A stretch of DNA of 32,000 bases, from NCBI RefSeq assembly GCF_001652585.1, contig NZ_LWLG01000015.1, positions 31,800 to 63,799 on the forward strand, written 5' to 3'. The notes below the pieces were generated by a model. That model saw nothing but the letters and a program-made list of their open reading frames with translations. It was not told the DNA's origin and did not search any database. The position numbers and the translations under genes were made by a program. The first letter of the stretch is position 1. The number at the start of each line of letters is the position of its first letter. This document shows positions 14,932-23,065 of this stretch, one piece after another. Source of the stretch: Thermosulfurimonas dismutans. GTDB taxonomy: Bacteria > Desulfobacterota > Thermodesulfobacteria > Thermodesulfobacteriales > Thermodesulfobacteriaceae.

Positions 14932-17900
14932 ATGTGGTTGAGTGGATGCAAAGCCACCGCCGTTCGATTCTCTTTTTGATTGCTATATTGGCTCTAGGAG
15001 GACTGGCTGCCAGTTTTAGACTCCCGGTGGCCCTCTTCCCCCACGTGGATTTTCCCCGCGTGGAGGTGAAACTAGAGGCCGGTGACCGACCCGCGGAACG
15101 CATGGCCATTGAGGTGACCCGCCCGGTGGAGGAGGCCATCAGGTCTGTTCCTGGAGTACGAAGCATCCGTTCAACTACCAGCCGAGGCAGCGCCGATATC
15201 TCCATCAACTTCGATTGGGGAGAAGACATGGTGGCGGCCATGCTTCAGGTAGAATCGGCCATAAACCAGGTCCTTCCCCGCCTCCCCCGGGGAACTTCTT
15301 TCACCGTAAGGCGCATGGACCCCACCGTCTTTCCAGTTTTGGCCTATAGTCTCACCTCTGACACCCATTCTCTGGTTGAACTGAGAGATCTAGCCCTTTA
15401 CCAGTTACGGCCTCTGCTTTCCACCGTTAAAGGGGTGGCCAAGGTTGGAGTCCAAGGAGGGGCGGAGGAAGAATACGAGGTCATGATCGATCCGGCCAAG
15501 CTGGATGCCTTGGGGCTTTCGATAGACGATGTTGCCAGGGCCCTTTCAGCGGCCAATGTCATCAAGGCCGTAGGACGTTTGGAAGACCACTATAAACTCT
15601 ATCTAGTCATCTCGGACACCCGCTTTCAGAGCCTGAAAGAAATCAAAGAGACCATCATCCGGGCCGGCAAGAATGGACTTGTTCGTCTGGACGATATTGC
15701 TACTGTGCGCCGAGGTACCGCTCCTCAATGGATCAGGGTCACAGCCGACGGCCACGATGCCGTACTCCTCCTAATTTATCAACAACCTCGGGGTAATACC
15801 GTTGAGATAGCTAAGGAGGTCAAGAAAAAGCTGGCTGAATTTCGCAAACATCTTCCCCTAGGAATCAAAATTGCCAAGTGGTATGACCAGAGCGAGCTCA
15901 TCCTCTCGGCGGCCGGGAGCGTAAGGGATGCGGTGCTTATAGGCCTCCTTTTTGCCGCCCTGGTCCTTTGGCTGTTTTTGCGGAACCTCAAGATGACTTT
16001 TATTGCCGCCGTCTTGGTTCCGAGTGTCCTCGCAGCTACCATCATCCTCCTCTACGTCCTCCACATGAGCTTCAACATCATGACCCTGGGAGGCCTGGCC
16101 GCGGCCGTGGGTCTCATCATCGACGACATGATCGTCATGGAGGAACATATCGTAAGAAGGCTTGGAGAACTGGCCAATCAGCAGCTTGGGATCGCCACGG
16201 CTGTTCGGGAGCTTTCTAGGCCGCTTGCCGGCTCCTCGGCCTCGACGACCATCATTTTTGCTCCCCTGGCCTTTCTCTCCGGGGTAACCGGGGCCTTTTT
16301 TAAGGCCCTCTCTCTTACCATGGCCGCAAGCCTTCTGATCTCCTTTTTTGTGGCCTGGTTGGGGGTTCCTATCCTGGCAAATCATCTGCTTACCCAGAAA
16401 GACGCCGAAAAGGAAAGGCCCGGGAGATGGGCTTCCCGGTTCTATGAAAGATATGAGAGTTTCATGAAGAGCATTATGGCCCGATCCTGGCTCATTATTC
16501 CAGTACTTTTGATTTTGGTGGGTATCGGCTGGATAGCTTATCATCGGTTAGGCTCTGGCTTCATGCCTAAAATGGATGAGGGAGGGTTTGTCCTTGATTA
16601 TCGAGCTCCTTCTGGGACCTCTCTTACCGAAACGGATCGTCTCCTGCGTCAAGTCGAGATGATATTGCAAGAGACGCCAGACGTAGAGACCTATTCCCGG
16701 AGGACCGGACTATCTCTGGGGGGCCATATTACTGAGGCCAACGAGGGCGATTTCTTCGTCCGGTTGAAGCCCCCACCCCGGAGGGATATCGAGGCTGTGA
16801 TGGAGGACATAAGAGGCCGTATAGAGCGCAGGGTCCCAGGGCTTGAGATCGAGATGGCCCAGTTGATGGAAGATCTCATAGGAGATCTTACGGCTGTCCC
16901 GCAGCCCATAGAGATAAAGCTCTTTTCCGATAACGGTACTCTCTTGCGGAAACTGGCTCCCAAAGTAGCCGAAGAAATAAGAAAGATCCCCGGCGTGGTG
17001 GATGTAAGAGATGGGATCGTTCTGGCCGGCGACGCCCTGGTCATCCATGTTGACCGGGATCGGGCGGCCCTTGAAGGAGTGGATCCCGAATGGGTAACCA
17101 GAATGCTCTCTTATTACCTTGGTGGCGCGGTCACCACCCAGATTCAGAAGACTCCCAAAATGGTGGGAGTTCGAGTCTGGATCCCAAGCCATCTCAGAGA
17201 TACCGCTTCCAAGGTCGAGGCCCTCCGCCTGCGGGCTCCCGATGGACATCTATTCCCTTTGAGGCGTATCGCCAGGGTGGAGGTGCTCACCGGTCAACCC
17301 CAGATAATGCACGAAGACCTAAAGAGGATGGTGGCCGTTACCGGACGTATCAGCGGTCGGGATATGGGATCGGTCATCCGGGATGTAAAGAGGGTGCTTA
17401 ATCGTCCGGGACTCATTCCCAAAGGGGTCTATTATGAGCTCGGTGGTCTTTACCGTCAGCAACAAATTGCCTTTGCCGGGCTTTTGGCCGTTTTCGTGTC
17501 CGCGGTGCTTCTGGTCTTTTTGCTTCTCCTATTTCTCTATGAAAGTTTCCGGATGGCTATCGCCGTAATGGCAACCATCCTTTTGTCTCTGGCGGGAGTC
17601 TTTGTAGGTCTCTGGATTACCCATACCGAGATCAATATCTCCTCCATGATGGGGCTTACCATGATCGTGGGCATTGTTACCGAAACAGCCATTTTCTATC
17701 TCTCCGAATATCGTCTGCTTCCGCGCCATGTACCGTATAAAACGGCCTTGATCCTTGCCGGGAGAAATCGCCTGCGGGCGGTGGCCATGACCACGGTGGC
17801 TGCCATTTTGGCCCTTATGCCCCTGGCTCTCGGAATTGGTCAGGGAGCAGCTATGCTGAAGCCCCTGGCCATCGCCATAATTTCTGGTCTCTGTCTTCAA

Positions 17901-17969
17901 TTGCCGCTGGTCCTCGTGGTTTTGCCGGCCTTATTGGCGCTTATTAAAAGAGAATATCAAACAGGTTAA
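14928..17969 (+). CDS. RND inner-membrane efflux permease 1 (AcrB/HAE-like rather than HME-like), 1013 aa
   Basis: 12-TM architecture with two large periplasmic loops. The TM4 acidic pair lies in GLIIDDMIVMEEH. GTG start at 14928 overlaps the MFP1 stop (GTGA). An in-frame ATG at 14946 is the alternative start. Confidence 0.9.
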   Translation: MNVVEWMQSHRRSILFLIAILALGGLAASFRLPVALFPHVDFPRVEVKLEAGDRPAERMAIEVTRPVEEAIRSVPGVRSIRSTTSRGSADISINFDWGEDMVAAMLQVESAINQVLPRLPRGTSFTVRRMDPTVFPVLAYSLTSDTHSLVELRDLALYQLRPLLSTVKGVAKVGVQGGAEEEYEVMIDPAKLDALGLSIDDVARALSAANVIKAVGRLEDHYKLYLVISDTRFQSLKEIKETIIRAGKNGLVRLDDIATVRRGTAPQWIRVTADGHDAVLLLIYQQPRGNTVEIAKEVKKKLAEFRKHLPLGIKIAKWYDQSELILSAAGSVRDAVLIGLLFAALVLWLFLRNLKMTFIAAVLVPSVLAATIILLYVLHMSFNIMTLGGLAAAVGLIIDDMIVMEEHIVRRLGELANQQLGIATAVRELSRPLAGSSASTTIIFAPLAFLSGVTGAFFKALSLTMAASLLISFFVAWLGVPILANHLLTQKDAEKERPGRWASRFYERYESFMKSIMARSWLIIPVLLILVGIGWIAYHRLGSGFMPKMDEGGFVLDYRAPSGTSLTETDRLLRQVEMILQETPDVETYSRRTGLSLGGHITEANEGDFFVRLKPPPRRDIEAVMEDIRGRIERRVPGLEIEMAQLMEDLIGDLTAVPQPIEIKLFSDNGTLLRKLAPKVAEEIRKIPGVVDVRDGIVLAGDALVIHVDRDRAALEGVDPEWVTRMLSYYLGGAVTTQIQKTPKMVGVRVWIPSHLRDTASKVEALRLRAPDGHLFPLRRIARVEVLTGQPQIMHEDLKRMVAVTGRISGRDMGSVIRDVKRVLNRPGLIPKGVYYELGGLYRQQQIAFAGLLAVFVSAVLLVFLLLLFLYESFRMAIAVMATILLSLAGVFVGLWITHTEINISSMMGLTMIVGIVTETAIFYLSEYRLLPRHVPYKTALILAGRNRLRAVAMTTVAAILALMPLALGIGQGAAMLKPLAIAIISGLCLQLPLVLVVLPALLALIKREYQTG

Positions 17970-17974
17970 GAAAA

Positions 17975-19021
17975 ATGAGGACTATCTTTTCGGTCGCTTG
18001 CGTATTTTTTCTGATTATATCTTTGATCCAATTCGTAGAAGCGGCCAAGGTCGAACCGTCTCTCATCAAAGTTTCTACCCCGGTGAGAAGAGACTTTCGT
18101 CGGACTGTCCCTTTTGTGGGGAAGGTGTTTTCCAAAAAGAGCGTAAGGATAACGGCGCTCACGCCGGGTCGGATCGTCTCGATAGGCGTTCCCGATGAGA
18201 GCCGGGTGAGGGCCGGAGAAGTCCTCTTCGTCCTGGGCGGCCCGGAGGTGAAAAGGAGGCTTGCCACCCTAAGGTCACAAGTGGCCGTTCTTGAAAAGGA
18301 AATCTCTTTGGCCGAGGAGGCTGTGAGGTTAAAGAGGGAAGGAGTTAAGGCCAAGATCATCCCTTACGGAGAGCTCCTTAACGCCGAAAAGCATCTTCTG
18401 CAACTCAAAAATGAACTTGTGGCCCGGAAAAACGAACTATACCTTTTTGAAACCCGGCTGCGGATCAGGGCCTCGATTTCGGGAATCTTTACCCGGCGAA
18501 GGGTCTCTATCGGTCAGAGGGTGGAAAAGGGAGCGGTTCTGGCTGAAGTCTTGGACCCGAAGGCTCTCTGGGTTAAGGCCATCGTCTTCCCCCCGGAAGG
18601 CGTCAGCCTCTCCGGCAAACCGGCCCTGATCCAGCTTCCGGGCCGCACCCTTTCCGCCAGGGTGGCGAGGGTGGCCCCCGAACGGACCCCGGCGGGAGGG
18701 ATAACGGTCTTTCTCGAAGGGAGGGATATTTCAAGGTCCCTGGCCCCGGGTGAGCCCGTGAGGGGAGTGGTGATCCTCGAGGAACATCGAAAGGCCCTGG
18801 CCGTCCCCGAAGAGGCCCTCGTCTATGACGAAGCCGAAAGGGCTTACGTCTTCGTCAAAAGCGAAAAGGGGTTTGAGAAGCGGATGGTCAAGACCGGGCT
18901 TTCCGGGGATGGTTTCGTAGAGGTCGTCTCTGGTCTCAGAGAAGGGGAAAAGGTGGTGATTAAGGGGGCCTACGAACTCTTTTATCGAGATTTTAGTCGG
19001 ATTTACAGAGTTCCCGATTAG
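17975..19021 (+). CDS. RND efflux periplasmic adaptor (MFP) 2, 348 aa
   Basis: Signal/anchor MRTIFSVACVFFLIISLIQFVEA, lipoyl-like motifs (VRAGEVLFVLGGPE and RVEKGAVLAEV), a coiled coil, and a C-terminal beta-barrel. Clearly divergent from MFP1. Confidence 0.85.
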   Translation: MRTIFSVACVFFLIISLIQFVEAAKVEPSLIKVSTPVRRDFRRTVPFVGKVFSKKSVRITALTPGRIVSIGVPDESRVRAGEVLFVLGGPEVKRRLATLRSQVAVLEKEISLAEEAVRLKREGVKAKIIPYGELLNAEKHLLQLKNELVARKNELYLFETRLRIRASISGIFTRRRVSIGQRVEKGAVLAEVLDPKALWVKAIVFPPEGVSLSGKPALIQLPGRTLSARVARVAPERTPAGGITVFLEGRDISRSLAPGEPVRGVVILEEHRKALAVPEEALVYDEAERAYVFVKSEKGFEKRMVKTGLSGDGFVEVVSGLREGEKVVIKGAYELFYRDFSRIYRVPD

Positions 19022-19025
19022 GAAG

Positions 19026-20030
19026 GTGCGTGAGGTGCCTCTTACAGAAGCTAGGAGAATATCCCTGCGATTCTTTGTTCTTCTGGGTGCGTTGGGAGCC
19101 ATTCTCGGGCTTGAGTTCTATGAACATGTTTGCGCCCTTCCAGCTACAGATTGGAATACTCGCAATCTTTCTAGAATAAGGATTAAGGATCCGCATGATT
19201 TTTCATTCGCCGTATTTGGAGATAGCCAGTTCAGCATCTATGCCTTTGAAAGCCTCTTAAGGGACATTGACCAAGATCCTGAAATCTCCTTTGTCATTGC
19301 CTTGGGAGATATGGTCCATTCAGGAAGCAAGACATCGTATTCCCTTTTTTTGGATCTTATCCAAAAGAACCTTCACAAACCCCTAGTTACGGTCATCGGC
19401 AATCACGAACTAAAAGGAGGCGGTTATCCGCTTTATACTCGGATCTTCGGCCGGCCTTATTACTCCTTTCGTATCGGAAGGACCTGTTTCTTGATCCTGG
19501 ATGATGCCGCAAGAAAGCTTAACCTCAAAGAAAGATCCTGGCTTGAAGGAGAACTCAGGAAGAGCCGGGACCTTTGCGACCACCGTTTGGTTTTTCTCCA
19601 CATTCCCCTTTATGATCCCCGGCCTCACGAATACCACTGTCTACCCGAAAAAGAGGCCAAATTTCTTTCGAGGGTTTTTAGGGGCTACGGGGTCTCTCAC
19701 GTATTTGCCGGACACATCCATGGTTATTTTCATGGAAACTGGAATGGCATTCCTTACACCATCACCGGCGGGGCAGGAGCTAGACTTTACGGCGGGGATC
19801 CGAGACATTTCTTCTACCATTATCTCAAAGTAAAGGTCATAAACGGTGTTCTTGACGTGGAAGTGAAACCCATTTTCGTTCCGGGCCCCAAATGGTTCGA
19901 TCATACCCTTTACTTTGTCTACACCTATCTCTTTGACCCTCATTGGTTAGAAGCGGCCCTGTGGATGATCGTTTTGGGGCTAATCTTTCCCCTGATCTGG
20001 AAAAAATTTCGAAAAGGACCCGGCAAATGA
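19026..20030 (+). CDS. Membrane-anchored calcineurin-like metallophosphoesterase, 334 aa (start GTG 19026 or GTG 19035)
   Basis: Motifs FGDSQ, ALGDMVHSG, GNHE, FLHIP and AGHIHGY. An N-terminal TM helix is preceded by Arg residues. A C-terminal TM helix is followed by KKFRKGPGK. The stop TGA overlaps the RND2 ATG. Confidence 0.8.
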   Translation: MREVPLTEARRISLRFFVLLGALGAILGLEFYEHVCALPATDWNTRNLSRIRIKDPHDFSFAVFGDSQFSIYAFESLLRDIDQDPEISFVIALGDMVHSGSKTSYSLFLDLIQKNLHKPLVTVIGNHELKGGGYPLYTRIFGRPYYSFRIGRTCFLILDDAARKLNLKERSWLEGELRKSRDLCDHRLVFLHIPLYDPRPHEYHCLPEKEAKFLSRVFRGYGVSHVFAGHIHGYFHGNWNGIPYTITGGAGARLYGGDPRHFFYHYLKVKVINGVLDVEVKPIFVPGPKWFDHTLYFVYTYLFDPHWLEAALWMIVLGLIFPLIWKKFRKGPGK

Positions 20031-23000
20031 GGGGATTTCTGCGCTGGCTTATTGACAGACCGCCCCTCATGCTTCTTTTGGTTGCATCCATCGTTTTTGC
20101 CGGGGTGTACGCCCTTTGGCACCTGCCGGTAGATCTTTTCCCCAATCTTGATCTTCCGGTGGTAAACATTGTTACTCATTATCCCGGGGCTGCTCCCGAG
20201 GATATGGAACTTCTCGTTACCCGCCCTATTGAAGACGAAATGCGAGGCCTACCAGGGGTCAAACGGGTGGCCTCGGTCTCGGTTCAGGGCATCTCCAAGG
20301 TCACGGTGGAGTTTGGCCCTGGTATTTCGGTCAGAGAGGCCCGAGAACTCGTTCAGGCGAGGCTCGCCCGGACCGCTGGTCTCTTGCCGCGCGGGGCCGT
20401 CCCCAGGCTCGAAAACATCGGTACCACCCTTCAGGAGGTGCTCGGATATGTGGTCTACGGCTCGAAGGACCTCGTGGAACTGCGAAATCTCATCCGGTTT
20501 ACCCTCACCAATCGGCTCATGGGTATTCCCGGGGTCTCCTCGGTGGAGGTCTTTGGGGGTGATAGGCGGGCCTTTATTATCCGGGTAAGGCCAGAGGCCC
20601 TTGCCCGTCTCGGACTCGGCATTTCGGATCTCGAGCTAGCTCTAAGACGCCACAATGCCTCTGAGGTAGCCGGTTTCCTTACTAGAGGTGGACGGGAGTA
20701 TGTGATCCGTGGAGATGCCCGTCTGCAAACTATTGAAGACTTGAAAAACCTCTATCTAAAGAGCGCCGATGGGGAGGCGGTTCCTCTTTCGGCGGTGGCC
20801 GAAGTCTTTGAAGGAGTGGCTCCCAAGCATTACGAGGTCAGGGGAGACGGTCAACCGGCAGTGGCCTTTTACGTGCGTAAGCAACCCGGTGCTAGTTCTA
20901 TTGAGGTCGCCCGGGCCGTGGAAAACGCGGTGGAGGAATTCAAGGCCCTCCTTCCTCCGGGAACAAAGATCAAAAAATTCTACGATCAGTCAGAGATCAT
21001 AAAAGAGGCCCGGGAAACCATTTCCAGTGATCTTTTGCTCGGGGCGGCCCTGGCAGTGACCGTCCTCTATCTTTTCATAGGGACGATGAGGCCTACCCTC
21101 ATAGTGGCCGCCACCATCCCACTCACCCTGCTGGTCACCCTAGTCCTAATGAAGATCCTGGGGCTTTCGCTCAATGTCATCACTTTTTCGGCGCTCACGC
21201 TTGCCGTGGGGATGATCGTGGACGACGCCATTGTGGTCACGGAGAACGTCTCCCGGCACCTGGAGATGGGGAAAGCATCCCCAGAGGCGGCCTTGGCAGG
21301 CACGGTAGAAATCACCCCGCCCGACGCCGCCGGGACCTTCACCACTGTGGCGGCCTTTCTCCCCCTGGCCCTGGTGACCGGTATCGCCGGCCTTTTCCTG
21401 CGGCCCTTCGGTTTGGTGGTGAGTCTGGCCCTCCTAGTCTCCCTCATCCTTTCCCTCTCGTTGGTCCCGGTGCTTCTCGGGAATATGCCCCCGGTGCGGG
21501 AACCCCTCCGGCCCCCGGCCGGGAGGCTTCTCACGGGTCTGAGGGGTCTCCTATCTCGGGTCCTCTCCTATAGCCTTGATCATCCCCGTAAAGTGATCGT
21601 TCTGAGTATGGGGGGCCTTACCTTGGCCGGTCTTTCGGTCTTTCTTGGCTCGGCAAAGCTCCTCCCTCCGGTGGACGAGGGGGCCATCCTGGTAGAATAC
21701 ATCATGCCCCCAGGCACCTCTCTCAGGGAGAGCAATCGAATTGGAGAAGAGCTTGTCCGCCTAGCCATGACCGATCCCGATGTGGCCTGTGTGTATCGTC
21801 GCACCGGCTCCCCAGAGGTGGGTTACCAGATCGAGGGTGTCAACCGGGGAGAAATTATGATCAAGCTCAAGCCCAAGGGGGAACGTTACCGGGGAGTAGA
21901 GGAGATCATGGCCGATCTCAAGAGGGCTTATGCTCGCTTTCCCGGGGTGGTCTTTCTTTATCACCAGCCCACCCAGGAGAAGATGGACGAGAGTCTTTCC
22001 GGGCTTCCGGCCCTCTTCGGGGTGACTGTCTACGGTGAAGACCTTGACACCCTGGCGTACCTGGCCGGAAAGGTAGAAGAGATCATGGACGAGGATCCGG
22101 CCATTACCAATGTGGTCAATCCCCTGAAGACAAGAAGGCCTCAAATCGTAGTAAGGCTGAGGTATCCCGACCTTGCCCGTTTCGGGGTGAGCCTGGAGGA
22201 GGTGTTTTCCACCCTGAGGGCCACCTTTGGGGGCCTTGAGGCCACACGCATCGTGAGACAGCGGGAGGAGATCGATGTCCTTCTCGAATTTGATTGGCCC
22301 GAGGCTTTCGGCCTAAAAAGACTTGCCCTTCTACCTATCCGGACAGCGAAAGGGGAACTGGTACCCCTCAGGAAGGTGGCTGATATCCGGGTGGAATACC
22401 TCCCCGGAGAGATCACCAGGCTCAACGGTGAACGGGAGGTCACCCTGCTGGCCGAAGTGGAGGGGAACCTATTCAAGGTGGCCTCAAGCCTCAAGAGGCG
22501 TCTTGCGGCCCTTTCGCTTCCCCGGGGCTACCGGGTGGAGGTGACCGGACAGTACAAGGTTCTCAAAAGGAGCCTGTGGGAGATGATGTTTATCCTTTCC
22601 GGGGCTATCATTTTTGTCTATCTTATATTGTTTGCGGAGTTTAAGTCCTGGAAACGCCCTTTGGTGATATTGACTACGGCCCCTTTTTCCTTGGTAGGGG
22701 CTATCCTGGCCCTCTGGATAACCCGTCAGGGCCTGAACATCTCGGTGGCCATGGGCGTGCTCACCCTTATAGGAATCTGTGTCAACAATGCCATCGTCCT
22801 TCTCGACTTTGCCGAACAAAAAATAAGGGAAGGGATGGACAGAAAGGAGGCCCTGATTGAAGCGGCTCAGACCAGGCTCAGGCCAATCCTCCTTACCAGC
22901 CTGACAACTATCTTTGCCCTTATTCCTACGGCCCTGGGCCTCGGAGCGGGAGCTGAGTACTTTCGAGGATTTGCTATAGCTGTTATAGGAGGCCTCGTGA

Positions 23001-23062
23001 CGGCTACTCTGGTTTCGTTTATTCTGGTGCCCTGCATAGAAGTTTTTGGGAGTACAAGTTAG
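20027..23062 (+). CDS. RND inner-membrane efflux permease 2 (AcrB/HAE-like TM4 motif), 1011 aa
   Basis: The canonical N-terminus MRGFLRWLIDRPPLMLLL begins at the ATG at 20027, which forms an ATGA overlap with the upstream stop. The track's start at 19943 lies inside the upstream gene. TM4 reads GMIVDDAIVVTENV. Confidence 0.9.
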   Translation: MRGFLRWLIDRPPLMLLLVASIVFAGVYALWHLPVDLFPNLDLPVVNIVTHYPGAAPEDMELLVTRPIEDEMRGLPGVKRVASVSVQGISKVTVEFGPGISVREARELVQARLARTAGLLPRGAVPRLENIGTTLQEVLGYVVYGSKDLVELRNLIRFTLTNRLMGIPGVSSVEVFGGDRRAFIIRVRPEALARLGLGISDLELALRRHNASEVAGFLTRGGREYVIRGDARLQTIEDLKNLYLKSADGEAVPLSAVAEVFEGVAPKHYEVRGDGQPAVAFYVRKQPGASSIEVARAVENAVEEFKALLPPGTKIKKFYDQSEIIKEARETISSDLLLGAALAVTVLYLFIGTMRPTLIVAATIPLTLLVTLVLMKILGLSLNVITFSALTLAVGMIVDDAIVVTENVSRHLEMGKASPEAALAGTVEITPPDAAGTFTTVAAFLPLALVTGIAGLFLRPFGLVVSLALLVSLILSLSLVPVLLGNMPPVREPLRPPAGRLLTGLRGLLSRVLSYSLDHPRKVIVLSMGGLTLAGLSVFLGSAKLLPPVDEGAILVEYIMPPGTSLRESNRIGEELVRLAMTDPDVACVYRRTGSPEVGYQIEGVNRGEIMIKLKPKGERYRGVEEIMADLKRAYARFPGVVFLYHQPTQEKMDESLSGLPALFGVTVYGEDLDTLAYLAGKVEEIMDEDPAITNVVNPLKTRRPQIVVRLRYPDLARFGVSLEEVFSTLRATFGGLEATRIVRQREEIDVLLEFDWPEAFGLKRLALLPIRTAKGELVPLRKVADIRVEYLPGEITRLNGEREVTLLAEVEGNLFKVASSLKRRLAALSLPRGYRVEVTGQYKVLKRSLWEMMFILSGAIIFVYLILFAEFKSWKRPLVILTTAPFSLVGAILALWITRQGLNISVAMGVLTLIGICVNNAIVLLDFAEQKIREGMDRKEALIEAAQTRLRPILLTSLTTIFALIPTALGLGAGAEYFRGFAIAVIGGLVTATLVSFILVPCIEVFGSTS

Positions 23063-23065
23063 CTT

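Noticed and set aside
19943-20026. 28-codon N-terminal extension of RND permease 2 as listed in the track
   Set aside because: The extension lies wholly inside the metallophosphoesterase gene. The canonical RND N-terminus (MRGFLRWLIDRPP...) begins at the ATG at 20027, which forms an ATGA stop/start overlap.
9705-23062. Annotating the locus as a CusRS/CusCFBA- or Czc-type heavy-metal efflux system
   Set aside because: Both permeases have AcrB/HAE-like TM4 motifs (IDDMIVMEEH and VDDAIVVTEN), not the HME signature DFG...DGA...VEN as I recall it. The small periplasmic protein is not Met- or His-rich like CusF. The candidate operator boxes look PmrA-like, not like the palindromic CusR box. A role in metal efflux is not excluded, but nothing in the sequence supports it.
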